Of a stretch of DNA of 64,000 nt, positions 1-10,169 are shown one piece after another. Each line of letters starts with the position of its first letter. The stretch's first letter is position 1. The DNA is from Candidatus Sericytochromatia bacterium (GTDB lineage: Bacteria; Cyanobacteriota; Sericytochromatia; UBA7694). The stretch covers positions 73,271 through 137,270 of the forward strand of contig JADMKE010000014.1 in NCBI GenBank assembly GCA_018780035.1, in the 5' to 3' direction. Under the pieces are notes generated by a model. That model searched no databases, was not told where the DNA came from, and was given only the letters and a program-made list of their open reading frames with translations. A program made the translations under genes and the position numbers.

Positions 1-2723
1 ATCCAGACTATTACGAAGGTATAGAGCATAATCCAATATTTTTTGATCGGATGGCATTTGATTTGCCAAAATTTTTGTTTTTCCTTCATTAAGCTGATAA
101 CGTAACTGGATAAACTCTTGAGCAATAAGCATAAGATGGGACGGTATTTTTAAAATATCCGAAATACCCTCATCTATTTTTTGAATCAATGTCACATTAT
201 TGGTTTTATTAAATAAATCCCTATCTGAATCAGATACTGATAATTTTCGATGCAACTGAGCAAGTTCGTCAATTTGTTTAGCAGTCAAATCAGGGACAGG
301 AATACTTGTAATTTCCTCTGAAGAAAACCGATTACGATCGATTCCCCAGCCTTTACAATTAAAAAACAATAAATATTTCCCTATATTTGAATTTAAATAC
401 AGGGAAAGTGAGCGCAAATAATCTGAATCTTTTACCGGAGCGGATAAACCAATTTGCGCACCTGGGAATAAAAAATCTTGATCGCTATAAGCGGCATAGG
501 CTGGTGTCAAATAAATATGAGGGGCTAATGCTATGTCTAACCCTGATACCACTCCATTGTAATAAAACGCTTGTTTGTTATCCAGAGTTTCAATGGCCAA
601 ACCAGGAACAGTTAAACAAATACGCTTGGGCATTAATTTTGCATTCAGAAGTTGATACGTAGGCATCTCACCGATTAAAACGTTTTGGTAGGTCTTATTT
701 TGTTCGCTGACAACAGAGCGCCCTTGAGAGAGTTTCCATTGACGCGTTGTAATTAAATCTCCAAGGGTCGTTGTGAATATTCTTTTGAATCGCGTCAAAG
801 CTTGTTCATCACGAGAATTTCCCCACAAAGCCTGTTTCCAGATAAAGAAATCACCTGATTCTGCAAGAGATGGATCTATTGTTTTAATCTCATCCTCGTA
901 AAAGGTCAGTGCCCAAATCCGCTTTTGGTCTGTTGAACGATTCAAGGTTTGGTTAATAACAAAAGGCCCAAAATGAATGATCGGAGATTTGATTTGTTCT
1001 GATTTTGCTTTTGAATAAATCAGTGTTGCTGCCCGAGTTTTTGCTCTCCCAGCAAACAGCACATAAGCTAGATTTGAGAAGTTAGTAATCCTTTTAACTT
1101 GGTTTTGATTAAAAAATACTTGACGGTATTTGAAAGAGGTTTGATTAAATAAGCTTGTAGCTTTAATCAGTAAGGCCACACAACCATTTTCTGCCAAGGC
1201 TTCTGTTACACGCCAACTAAAAGCTTCACTGAGACAGTATTGACCAACAGGATATCGGTTGACATTCTTATTTAACCAATCCCAGAAATGAGGTTGATCT
1301 TGTTTTAATTGATTTTTATTGAGTTCAGTCCAAGGCGGATTGCCAATAATCCAATCAAACTTTAAATCGTTTTTCCAAATACTAGCTTGGTCATCAAAAA
1401 AGTCAGCATAGAAGATATTTCGATTATGAAGACATGGGAAACGAAAATCTTTATTTTCATGTAAATCAGGGGCTTCAACATAACTTAAAAGTGTAAGTAA
1501 TAGACTAAACTCAGTTATATAACAAGCTTGCTCAATCAGTTCAACACCATAAATATTTTCTTGTAAGAGCCTACTTAATTTTTGAAGTGTGAGTTTTTTG
1601 CCCTTATTTTTGCGTATTTCTATTTCAATTAAACGGCGATAAGACAAAACCAAAAACACTCCAGAACCACAAGAAGGATCAAGGATTTTCATACCTTTTT
1701 CTAAGGGTTTGACACTGTTTAATTCACAAAGTAAATAATCAGCAACAAATTCACGGGTATAAACGGCTCCAGCATGTTTAGCTTGGCCTTCTGAGTGTAA
1801 GAATTGTTCATAAATCGAAGAGAGCATTTCTATGGGAATACAAGAAAAATCGTAAATTTTAAAATCAGGTAAGACCAATTGACCAGAGACCTGATCACCT
1901 CTAAAAACCGCAGCTACAAAATGAATAAATTCGTCAGCCTTTACACCCAATTCTTGAATGTTTAAAGGAAAAACTTGCCCGTTAAAACGCTGTTCCAAAA
2001 CCATTATCAAGGTTTGCAAAGCTTGGGAAGAGGTCTGATCACCAGTAATATTACTGAGTTTAAGCCCATATTGTGCGAGCCAAGCATCTGTTAGAATTTC
2101 GCGTTCAACCAAATAGTAAATATAAATATATTTCCCAATCAAACAGTGTGCCAACTTGCGTTCAATACCTTTAGAAATGAGGGCATCACTAAGTTCTTTG
2201 AGGCTTTTGAGCAGACGCTGATCTACCCGTTTTTCAGGAGTTACATTTTTGGATTGGGTTTGCCATATACGCCCAGAATCTATTTCATGAGCATAAAAAT
2301 CTTGGAGAGTTCTAGCAATCTCTGCTGCGTTTAGAGCTGACTCAGCTATTGGAGTATCTCGGCTTTGAGGATCTGAATTAAAATCAAAGCCACGATACAC
2401 TTTGACACGCTGAGGAAGAATGATGATAAGAAAAGGAGCTGCACCCAAATTCCAAAGTTTTTGATGAACTTTTCTGGCCTCTTGCTCTGTCTGAGCTTTT
2501 ACGACATGAACAGCAGGACGAGGAGGTAAAAGGGGCACTTGCTCTGATGAGGGAGTGGCACTGGTACGAAAAATGTAAGCACCACAAACATCCACGGTGG
2601 TTTCTTTTTTAAAGACCCGCCAAAGTGGCAAATTAAACTCATCTGCTTTATCTTCAGTTATCCAAGCATCTCCTGAATCAGGAGATGTGTAGCCGAGTTG
2701 TTCCAAAACTTGATTTGGATGCA
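1..2723 (-). CDS. N6-adenine DNA methyltransferase, large single-chain Type IIG (MmeI-like) or BREX PglX-like; partial. ATG at 2723; C-terminus runs past position 1, so at least 907 aa. Not in the ORF track because it has no in-window stop.
   Basis: Hand translation of the minus strand is open from 2723 to position 1. Motif I (K)ILDPSCGSGVFLV at about 1661-1700 and motif IV DWIIGNPPW at about 1331-1357, with about 330 aa N-terminal and at least 300 aa C-terminal to the catalytic core. Region is about 38% GC against about 58% elsewhere. Confidence 0.75.
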
Positions 2724-2954
2724 TGTTCTCACAATTTTGAGGTTGATATTTTTAGCGAACAGAGCAATAAAAGGACGGCTCCAGTCAATTGTAACACGGT
2801 TTTTTTGATGCCTAAACAAAATTTAACATCTAGGATCTTGAAAATTAAACTGTTGTATTCAAAACCTCTTTTAGGCTCTTATTAATTATTGAGTTGTTTT
2901 AAATGCAATACATCTACATTTGTTTATCTGACTCGACTTTTTACCCATAACAGC

Positions 2955-3143
2955 AATATTTGCAGACTTATCTATTTTACGCAAAATGAAGGTTCAGCCA
3001 GTATCCTCCGTTGGCCAAGGGCCTGATAAGAGAGGGCAACAGGAACCCCGCCGGTCCAGGATGGACAAAGGCGGGGTGACTCTTAGCCTGTTGCACGCAG
3101 GACGCGTGCGGCAGGCGGCCCGAACGTCAGGCCCTTGTGCCAA
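2955..3143 (-). repeat. Copy A of a conserved structured element of about 145 nt (GC-rich 16-bp closing stem, conserved ACGTTCGGGCCGCC box, internal hairpins) plus a conserved AT-rich 3' tail, sitting at the GC-content junction
   Basis: Reverse complement of 3001-3143 aligns with 63128-63272: a 5' block ttggcacaagGGCctgacgttcgggccgcc and a 3' block cagGCCcttggccaacgGAGGata; the tails share CTGAA...TTTTGCG...GTCT. The terminal stem carries compensatory changes between the copies. Confidence 0.5.
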
Positions 3144-3459
3144 CCGGAGCCACTAACCACGCTTCTGAAACCCCCATGAACGCCCAAACATGGACACATA
3201 AACACCTCTCGCCAAAGGGAAAAGGCTTTCCCTAGCACCAACACGGCTCGAAAAAAAATCACCCCAAAACACTGGAATATTTCCCCACCCCAATGGTATG
3301 CTCATCTTCAGACAGAGCAGCGCAGAGACAGGTTACTTCGGGATCTGCCGGTTGCAAAACCGTGCTGGTGCAAGTCCAGCTCCTCCGACTTCAACGGGGG
3401 ATGGCGAAAGTAGCAGACGCAGCAGATGTATAGCCCTGGCTCGCTTTTTTCTCTCTGTC

Positions 3460-5355
3460 TTATCCTTCAGCCAGCTCCGCCAATTCCAGCCAGCGCAATT
3501 CTTTGCTTTCGATCTCAGCTTCAAGCTCCCCAAAGGTTGCTGAAAGCTTCTGCAAACTGCCCGCCCCCAAATCACCCGGATTGGCCAGTTCCGCCTCCAT
3601 CTGCTGTTTGCGCGTCTGCAATTGCTCCAGCTCTTGCTCCAGCCCTTCGTACTCTTTTTGCTGCTTGTAACTCAACTTGGGCTTGTTCTCACGGGGTGGC
3701 TTGCGCTCAAGCGGCTTGTCTTCTTTGGATTTGTCTTCTTTGGCCTGTTGACGCAGGGCCTTTTCTTGCTCCTGCTGAGCCAACCAATAATCGGTATAAT
3801 TGCCAGGGAAATAAAGCACCTGGCCGTCGCCCTCAAAGACAAAGAGGTGATTGACCAGGCGGTCCATAAACCAGCGGTCATGCGAGACCACCAGCAAATT
3901 GCCTTTGAAGTCCTGGAGAAAGTCTTCAAGCACCTCAATCGTGGCAATATCCAAATCGTTGGTGGGTTCGTCCAGAATCAAGAAATTGGGATTTTGCAAA
4001 AGTACAGTCAGCAGATACAAGCGCCGCTTTTCACCCCCACTGAGGGTTGAGACTTGGCGCCAATGCACAGGCGCAGGAAAGAGAAAGCGCTCCAGCATCT
4101 GGGCTGCCGTGATCTGGCCCCCGCCGCGCACTGGCAAAACCTCAGCAATTTCTTTGATCACCTCAATCACCCGCTGGTCGTTGCGAAAATGCATATTCTG
4201 CTGGCGGTAATAGGCCAATTCAATGGTCTCCCCAATCACGACTTCGCCCTGATCCAACGGCTGCTCACCCACCAGCAAATTGAGGAAGGTACTTTTGCCG
4301 CTGCCATTGGGGCCCACCACGCCGATGCGGTCGCCTTTGGAGAAGTCATGGCTAAAATCTTTTAAAACCACTTTATCGCCAAAGGCCTTGGCCAGATGGT
4401 GCAATTCGAGAATTTTGCCCCCGAGGCGGGGCATGAGAATATCCAGGCTCAAAGCCCCTTCGCCAGAGACCGATTCCAGTTCATCTTGGAGCGAGAGAAA
4501 GGCCTCGGAGCGGGCCCGCGACTTGGTGCCCCGCGCGCGCGGCTGTTTGCGAAACCAGGCCAATTCGCGCCGGTAGCGGTTGCGGGCCACTTCGGTCTCG
4601 CGGGATTCGCGTTCGAGGCGGGCATATTTTTGCGCCAAATAATCGCTGAAGCCGCCGCTGACCCGGTAGAGTTGTCCCTGTTCGAGTTCGAGAATTTCAT
4701 CGCAGACCGCTTCGAGAAAATAGCGGTCGTGGGTGACCATTAAAAGCGTCATCGACTGGCTGGTCAGGTACTGCTCCAGCCATTCCATCATGTCGAGGTC
4801 GAGGTGGTTGGTGGGCTCATCCAGAATCAAGAAATCCGGGGCATCGAGCAGGGTTTGGGCCAGGGCGATGCGGCGCTTTTGGCCCCCCGACAAAACCGCC
4901 ACAGGCTGTTCCAGGCCATCAATTTTGAGGCGCGAGAGAATCTGCTGGGCCATAACCTGGTAATCCCAGGCATGTAGGCGTTCCACCTCGGCATAAGCCC
5001 GCTGAATTTGCGCGGTGTCTTGGCTTTTCAGCGCCACTTCGTAAGCGTGAATCGCCCTGAGTTCGGGGCGCTCTGAAGCATAAAGCGCCTGCATCACCGT
5101 GTGCTCGGGGTTGAGTTCGGGCTCCTGGGGCAAAAATCCAACGCGAATGTCTCGGGCCCATTCAATCCGGCCCTGATCTGCCGGTTCTTCGCCAGCCAGA
5201 ATGCGAATCAGGGTGGTTTTCCCCGTGCCATTGCGGGCCACCAGCGCCACCCGCTGGCCTTTGCTGAGCGAAAAGGCCACGTCTTTGAACAAAACTTTGT
5301 CATGGTATGCCTTGGACAGGCTGTCTACACGCAGATAAAACACAGGGGCCTCCAA
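3460..5355 (-). CDS. ABC-F family ATPase (tandem ABC domains, Uup/YheS-like, C-terminal coiled coil)
   Basis: Two Walker A motifs (ARNGTGKTTL and GPNGSGKSTF) and two ABC signatures (LSGGQKRRIAL and LSGGEKRRLYL); no transmembrane domain; charged coiled-coil tail. Confidence 0.9.
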   Translation of the reverse strand: MEAPVFYLRVDSLSKAYHDKVLFKDVAFSLSKGQRVALVARNGTGKTTLIRILAGEEPADQGRIEWARDIRVGFLPQEPELNPEHTVMQALYASERPELRAIHAYEVALKSQDTAQIQRAYAEVERLHAWDYQVMAQQILSRLKIDGLEQPVAVLSGGQKRRIALAQTLLDAPDFLILDEPTNHLDLDMMEWLEQYLTSQSMTLLMVTHDRYFLEAVCDEILELEQGQLYRVSGGFSDYLAQKYARLERESRETEVARNRYRRELAWFRKQPRARGTKSRARSEAFLSLQDELESVSGEGALSLDILMPRLGGKILELHHLAKAFGDKVVLKDFSHDFSKGDRIGVVGPNGSGKSTFLNLLVGEQPLDQGEVVIGETIELAYYRQQNMHFRNDQRVIEVIKEIAEVLPVRGGGQITAAQMLERFLFPAPVHWRQVSTLSGGEKRRLYLLTVLLQNPNFLILDEPTNDLDIATIEVLEDFLQDFKGNLLVVSHDRWFMDRLVNHLFVFEGDGQVLYFPGNYTDYWLAQQEQEKALRQQAKEDKSKEDKPLERKPPRENKPKLSYKQQKEYEGLEQELEQLQTRKQQMEAELANPGDLGAGSLQKLSATFGELEAEIESKELRWLELAELAEG

Positions 5356-5489
5356 ATGGGGAATACTCTATTCTGCCACAGGCCAGGAAAGTCAGGGAAA
5401 GATGCAGGCCCAGAACAGGATGAAAACAGGATGAAAACAGGCCCAGAAAAGCCCCCAAAAGAACCACGTAAAAAAATGGCAACCGTATG

Positions 5490-5518
5490 TTGACAATGTT
5501 AACATTAGATGTTTTAAT
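5490..5518 (+). promoter_or_regulatory. Sigma70-like promoter (TTGACA, 17-nt spacer, TTTAAT) with embedded palindrome TGTTAACA, upstream of 5536
   Basis: Read directly: ttgaca atgttaacattagatgt tttaat. Confidence 0.45.
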
Positions 5519-5535
5519 ATTTTTATGAGATAAAA

Positions 5536-6360
5536 ATGCTCTCAAAAACAAACACAACTCAGGTGGACAAAGCAATGGGTGATATCAACAGCTCTTTCGT
5601 CAAACAGCAAATTCAAAACTTGAACCAAGTCAAGCCACAACAAACACAGAACACAGAGAAAAAGCCTGTGGAGTCTTCGATTGGTCAAACTGAATTTCAA
5701 GCGCGCAAAGCCATGTTTGAAAAACAGACATCCCGCGAACCTGAATTGGGACAAGAGATACGTGGACAAGTGGAATCGGGTCTGAATGAGATCAGCGGCG
5801 AAAAACTTCAGAAAAATTTTAAGCTCTTTGAGAGCACATTTATAGGAGATGCCGAAAAGGCAAGCTCTGCTGAACCCCCCTCGTTTCCTGAGCACCCCAA
5901 ACAGGTCCAAATGCCCCAGCATCCCCATGTCGAGGAAATCGACCTTGAAGAAGAGCAAAACGATGGCAAGGAAACCGAAGAATCGCCTTCCTTGACGGTC
6001 AAAGAGCCCTCTCAACCCGTCTCAACAGAAGTAGGAAATGCCGAAATGGCGAGCTCTAATGAGCCACCCCGGCTTCCCCAACACCCCAAACAGATCGAAA
6101 TGCCCCCGCACCCCAAACAGGTCGAGGAAATCAACCTTGAAGAAGAGCAAAACGGTGGAGAGGAAGAACAAACCCTTGAGCAAACAGAGCAGCCCAAAAC
6201 GGAGCAGCCCAACCGGCCGGTAAATGCCAATCACCCACCTAGCTCCCCTCCCGTTATCCATTCTGGCAAAGAAAACCCACTGAATGTATCCGTCAACCCG
6301 CCCAAGCAACCACAACAGTCCGAAGCAGATGTCAACGAAGCCGACGAAGACGAGATGTAA
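5536..6360 (+). CDS. Acidic, Pro/Glu-rich hypothetical protein with two long internal tandem repeats
   Basis: Repeat SSxEPPxxPxHPKQxxMPxHPxVEEIxLEEEQN occurs twice; promoter-like sequence upstream. The antisense ORFs 5542..6015 and 6022..6528 were judged spurious. Confidence 0.55.
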   Translation: MLSKTNTTQVDKAMGDINSSFVKQQIQNLNQVKPQQTQNTEKKPVESSIGQTEFQARKAMFEKQTSREPELGQEIRGQVESGLNEISGEKLQKNFKLFESTFIGDAEKASSAEPPSFPEHPKQVQMPQHPHVEEIDLEEEQNDGKETEESPSLTVKEPSQPVSTEVGNAEMASSNEPPRLPQHPKQIEMPPHPKQVEEINLEEEQNGGEEEQTLEQTEQPKTEQPNRPVNANHPPSSPPVIHSGKENPLNVSVNPPKQPQQSEADVNEADEDEM

Positions 6361-6400
6361 AACGGCAGGAAACCTCTGGTGTCTTGGTTTCCAAAGCTGG

Positions 6401-8200
6401 TTAATTCTGGGCCAAGGCGCAAGCCGCTTCGACTTTGAGCTGACAGGCCTTTTGAAAGCTCTGTTTGGCCTCTGCGCCTTTGCCCGCTTGGGTCTGAATC
6501 TGGCCCAATTGGTACCAAGCGGGGCCATAGTCTGCCTGCAAACTCAGGGCTTTTTCCAGGTCGGTCTGGGCCAGATCGTATTTTTTCTGGTTCAGATAGA
6601 CCTCTGCGCGCGAGCTGAGAATATCTGGCGAGTCGGGAAAGGCCTTGAGCACCGTTGCATATTCGGCCAAGGCCTCTTCATGCCGCCCCGTCCAATTGTA
6701 AATATCTCCACGCATCACATGGGCAGCCAGAACCCGTGGATCGAGTTCGAGAATGCGCGTGGCATCCCCCAGCGCGATCTCGTATTGTTTACTCTGGATC
6801 GCCAAAACCGCCCGCGCTTTAAAGGCCTGCAAAAATTGATTGTCGGCCTTGATGGTGGCAGTATAAGCGGCAATGGCTTTGTCAGGCTGTCCCTGGTTTT
6901 CATGAATCTGGCCGATATAAAAATGGGCAGAGGCATTACCCGGTGCCATTTTTGTAATCCACTCAAAATCTGCCAGGGCCTGGGGAAAATTTTTGAGTTG
7001 GGCATGGGTCAAGCCACGATTGCCATAGGCATCGAGAAAATTTGGCTGCAGCACAATCGCCTGGTCAAAGGCCTGCAGCGCCTGATCAGATTTGCCCATT
7101 TGATTCAGGGCGATGCCACGCAAATTCTGACTTTCGGCACGCTGGGGCTCCAATTTGAGGGCCAGTTCAAAATCCGCGAGGGCTTTAACGGGCTCACGCA
7201 CTTCGAGGTAGAGGCGGCCCCGGCTGTTGAGAATCGCCGCTTGGCTGATCAGCGGAAAATCTGTCGAAACGGGACTTTTGACGCTCAGGGCTTGGCTATA
7301 CGCGGCCAGGGCCTTTTCAAAATCCCCCTGGGCGGCATAGAGGTCGCCCATATTGGTATAGGGATTGGGACTGTCTTGGTGTTTGAGAGAGGCTTGAAAG
7401 CGCTCCAACGCTTTGGTCGGCTGGTTTTGAGCGGCATAGACCAAGCCCTGATTGTTGTAGGCATCGGCCAGATTCGGTTGGTATTTGATCGCCTGTTCAA
7501 AATGGGCCAAGGCCTCAGCATAACGATCCTGGGTATAGTCAATCACGCCGAGATAATTGTAAATCCGGGCATACTCTTGAGGGGTTGCCGGTTTGAACTG
7601 CAGGGCCTGCTTAAAATCTGCTTGGCTGGCCGGGTATTGCCCACGGGTATAATAATAAATGCCACGGGCCGTCAGAATTTCTGGGTTTTTGGGATCGCGT
7701 TTGAGGGCCTGGGTCAAATCTTCCAGGGCACCTTCGTTCTGTTTGAGGATGATCCGCAACAGGCCACGGGTAAGGTAGGCATCGCCATAATTGGGATCGG
7801 CTTTGAGGGCCTGAGTCAGATCTTCGTGGGCCAAGTCCAGCTTGCGCCAGACCATTTGTACCTTGGCTCGGCCATTGAGCGCGGCGGCATGGCTGGGTTT
7901 GAGTTTAAGTGCTTGGTTGAACTGGGCCAGGGCCTTGTCAAATTGATTCAGACCGCCATAGGCCCGCCCCAGGCGCACATAGACTTCGGGATCTTTGGGA
8001 GCCTGTTTGACGGCCTTTTGGCTGAGTTCCAAGGCTTTTTGCCATTGACTGGCCTTGAGGGCCTGATCCGCCGATTGCAACAGAGAAGACGTCGTCACAG
8101 CCGACGGTGTGCTCGGGGCTGCCTGTGCTGGCAGACTGCCCACGCTCCCTGCGGCAGCGATCAAAATACTCAGAACCAATAGGCGTGTCAGTTTTATCAT
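6401..8200 (-). CDS. Secreted TPR-repeat protein
   Basis: N-terminal signal peptide MIKLTRLLVLSILIAAAGSVGSLPAQA; many 34-aa TPR units (e.g. AYNNQGLVYAAQNQPTKALERFQASLK). Confidence 0.8.
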   Translation of the reverse strand: MIKLTRLLVLSILIAAAGSVGSLPAQAAPSTPSAVTTSSLLQSADQALKASQWQKALELSQKAVKQAPKDPEVYVRLGRAYGGLNQFDKALAQFNQALKLKPSHAAALNGRAKVQMVWRKLDLAHEDLTQALKADPNYGDAYLTRGLLRIILKQNEGALEDLTQALKRDPKNPEILTARGIYYYTRGQYPASQADFKQALQFKPATPQEYARIYNYLGVIDYTQDRYAEALAHFEQAIKYQPNLADAYNNQGLVYAAQNQPTKALERFQASLKHQDSPNPYTNMGDLYAAQGDFEKALAAYSQALSVKSPVSTDFPLISQAAILNSRGRLYLEVREPVKALADFELALKLEPQRAESQNLRGIALNQMGKSDQALQAFDQAIVLQPNFLDAYGNRGLTHAQLKNFPQALADFEWITKMAPGNASAHFYIGQIHENQGQPDKAIAAYTATIKADNQFLQAFKARAVLAIQSKQYEIALGDATRILELDPRVLAAHVMRGDIYNWTGRHEEALAEYATVLKAFPDSPDILSSRAEVYLNQKKYDLAQTDLEKALSLQADYGPAWYQLGQIQTQAGKGAEAKQSFQKACQLKVEAACALAQN

Positions 8201-8318
8201 GGGTGCTTACACTTACTCTCTCAGGCTTTCTCTGGCGATTTAATTGCTTCAACCCATTCAAAAAACGGGCGTTCTTACCATGATAACACCCACAGACCCC
8301 GCTCCGGTTTCTGCTACA

Positions 8319-8918
8319 ATGAAAGGCATGAAATCTGTTTTGAGCGGTCTTACCGCTGTTCTTTATACTGTTCTTTGCGCTTCGATGTGGCTCCAGGCGC
8401 AGCCAGCCTTGGCCATTCTGGGCGAAGATTATCTCATGATGCGCACGTATTTCCACAAACCCCGGCGCTATGACTTGGTCCACGAAGCCAAATTTAAAAG
8501 TTTTGCCGAATTGCGCAAAGAAATGCGACCGATTCAGGTCCATTTTTTTGCCAATGCCGAAGGCAAGATCAGCAAAGAATTCTGGAGTGCCGATGCCAGC
8601 CCTTGGACCTTTGCGCAGGCCAATAAAATCCGCGATGCGATCATGCGCCGCAGCCACAGCAATGCCTCGGGCAACAGCCTCGGTCTGACTTGGTATTACA
8701 GCGATGGCGCACGTGTGATGTACCGGGTGATTGGCCATCGCGTGATCAGCATTATGGCTGTCGACAAAGATTTTAACCCAGGGGATCTGGGCAAAATGCC
8801 ACAGTGGTTTGCCCCCCCCACAGCCAAACCCCAATTTCCCAAATATCTGCCGCCCGCTTCCCCGGCAGCACCGGCATCACCGGCTCCCAAGGTCAGCCCA
8901 CCCCCCGCACAGCGATGA
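8319..8918 (+). CDS. Hypothetical secreted protein with Pro-rich C-terminus (start moved to the internal Met before the signal peptide)
   Basis: MKGMKSVLSGLTAVLYTVLCASMWLQAQPALA signal-like N-terminus; the ORF-track start at 8244 is further upstream. Confidence 0.45.
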   Translation: MKGMKSVLSGLTAVLYTVLCASMWLQAQPALAILGEDYLMMRTYFHKPRRYDLVHEAKFKSFAELRKEMRPIQVHFFANAEGKISKEFWSADASPWTFAQANKIRDAIMRRSHSNASGNSLGLTWYYSDGARVMYRVIGHRVISIMAVDKDFNPGDLGKMPQWFAPPTAKPQFPKYLPPASPAAPASPAPKVSPPPAQR

Positions 8919-10090
8919 AAAAAAATACATGGCTTTTGTCTGGCCTGACCTATCTCAGTGTGTGTTTTTCAGCATCAGCACAACCAGCCTGTTTGGGGCT
9001 GCTGACCGAGTGGCAACTCAAGGCCCCTTCTCCCGATGGCCAGCCAACCCTGCGCCAGCAATTTCTAGAACGCCTGTCTCAGGAACATCAGGCGCTGGGC
9101 CTGGAGCAAGACGAACCCCAGATTTTGCCTCACCCAGAGCCAGATCATCTGCTGCTGTGCCTCAGCGAAAATTACCCATTGCAACAGGTCTTGGCCAAGC
9201 GCACACAAAAAACGAGCTTTGAAATACGCCAGCCGATGAAAGGCACCCAAGACCTCTGGGCCCCCACAGGCCTAAACGGCTCTCAACTGCTCAAAGTTAC
9301 CCTCAAAAAGCAACCCGAACCCGGTGTCGAAATCCAATTGGATCACAATGGCAGCCAGATTCTGGCCCGTTTGAGTGTGGGGCTGCTCAAACAAAAAATG
9401 GGGCTGTATTTAAATGATCAGCTTTTAATCGCCCCCCAGGTCATGTCGGTCATTACCGATGGGCGGCTGCTGATCACGGGTTCAGATCTCAAAGCCATGG
9501 AAAACCTGACCCAAAAACTCGAATCGGCCCGTGTGCCTTGGCCCGATGTAGAATTATTGGCCATTGAAGTGGGGCACTACAGCGAGGCTTTGCAAAAACA
9601 AGTGCCGCCAGAGTTGCAGGCTTTGCTCAACAAACACTATCCCGGCTGGTATTTTCCCAAAGGCCTCAGTGCCATTGGCCAAGAACATTATTGGCAAGAA
9701 AAACCGCCTTTTACGCCGTTTTGGATCAAGGGCGATTTTGATGGCAATGGTACAGAGGACCACGCCCTGCAAATTCGCCACCCCGCAGGCAAAGAGGGCA
9801 GCCGCGAGACCATTCTGATCCTGAGTCGCCAAAAAACCAGCCAAAATCCAGGCCAAAATGCCAGCCAATATCTGCCACTGGTTTTGGACCAGACGGCCCC
9901 CGCCCATTTGCGCACGTGGTCGGGAGCCTCGCTCTGGCGTTACCCCGCAGGCAGCAAAATGTACAATTTTGAAACCAAAAAAGAATTTATCACAACCCAC
10001 GAAACATTGGCTCTGCACTTTTGGGGCAAAGGGGCCATGGCCTGGACGTGGGACGGAACCAGCTTTAAAGACATCACCATTGGCGACTGA
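8915..10090 (+). CDS. Hypothetical secreted protein/lipoprotein (start at MKKNTWLL; ATGA overlap with the upstream gene)
   Basis: Signal peptide MKKNTWLLSGLTYLSVCFSASA; 4-nt overlap with the previous stop suggests translational coupling. Confidence 0.5.
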   Translation: MKKNTWLLSGLTYLSVCFSASAQPACLGLLTEWQLKAPSPDGQPTLRQQFLERLSQEHQALGLEQDEPQILPHPEPDHLLLCLSENYPLQQVLAKRTQKTSFEIRQPMKGTQDLWAPTGLNGSQLLKVTLKKQPEPGVEIQLDHNGSQILARLSVGLLKQKMGLYLNDQLLIAPQVMSVITDGRLLITGSDLKAMENLTQKLESARVPWPDVELLAIEVGHYSEALQKQVPPELQALLNKHYPGWYFPKGLSAIGQEHYWQEKPPFTPFWIKGDFDGNGTEDHALQIRHPAGKEGSRETILILSRQKTSQNPGQNASQYLPLVLDQTAPAHLRTWSGASLWRYPAGSKMYNFETKKEFITTHETLALHFWGKGAMAWTWDGTSFKDITIGD

Positions 10091-10110
10091 TGGGCCTCAG
10101 GTCAAATGAA

Positions 10111-10145
10111 AAGCCCCTGCTTTTTCGCAGGGGCTTTGTTTTAAG
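10111..10145. terminator. Bidirectional rho-independent terminator between convergent genes
   Basis: aagcccctgc tttttc gcaggggctt followed by a T-run. Confidence 0.6.
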
Positions 10146-10169
10146 TCGAATTTTGATTCAGAGGCTGAA

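Noticed and set aside
2950-3460. Possible tRNA/tmRNA/RNase P gene at the island boundary
   Set aside because: No T-loop GTTCRA/CCA end, no tmRNA tag-like reading frame, no RNase P GGAAAGTCCGG box; instead the region matches a second copy near 63200, so it is reported as a repeat/structured element.
3298-5493. Multiple 60-160-aa ORFs overlapping the ABC-F gene
   Set aside because: All nested inside or antisense to a 631-aa gene with two complete ABC cassettes.
6284-8182. 632-aa plus-strand ORF
   Set aside because: Fully antisense to the TPR gene 6401..8200, which has a signal peptide and clear TPR units; the plus ORF is low-complexity, typical of antisense frames in high-GC DNA.
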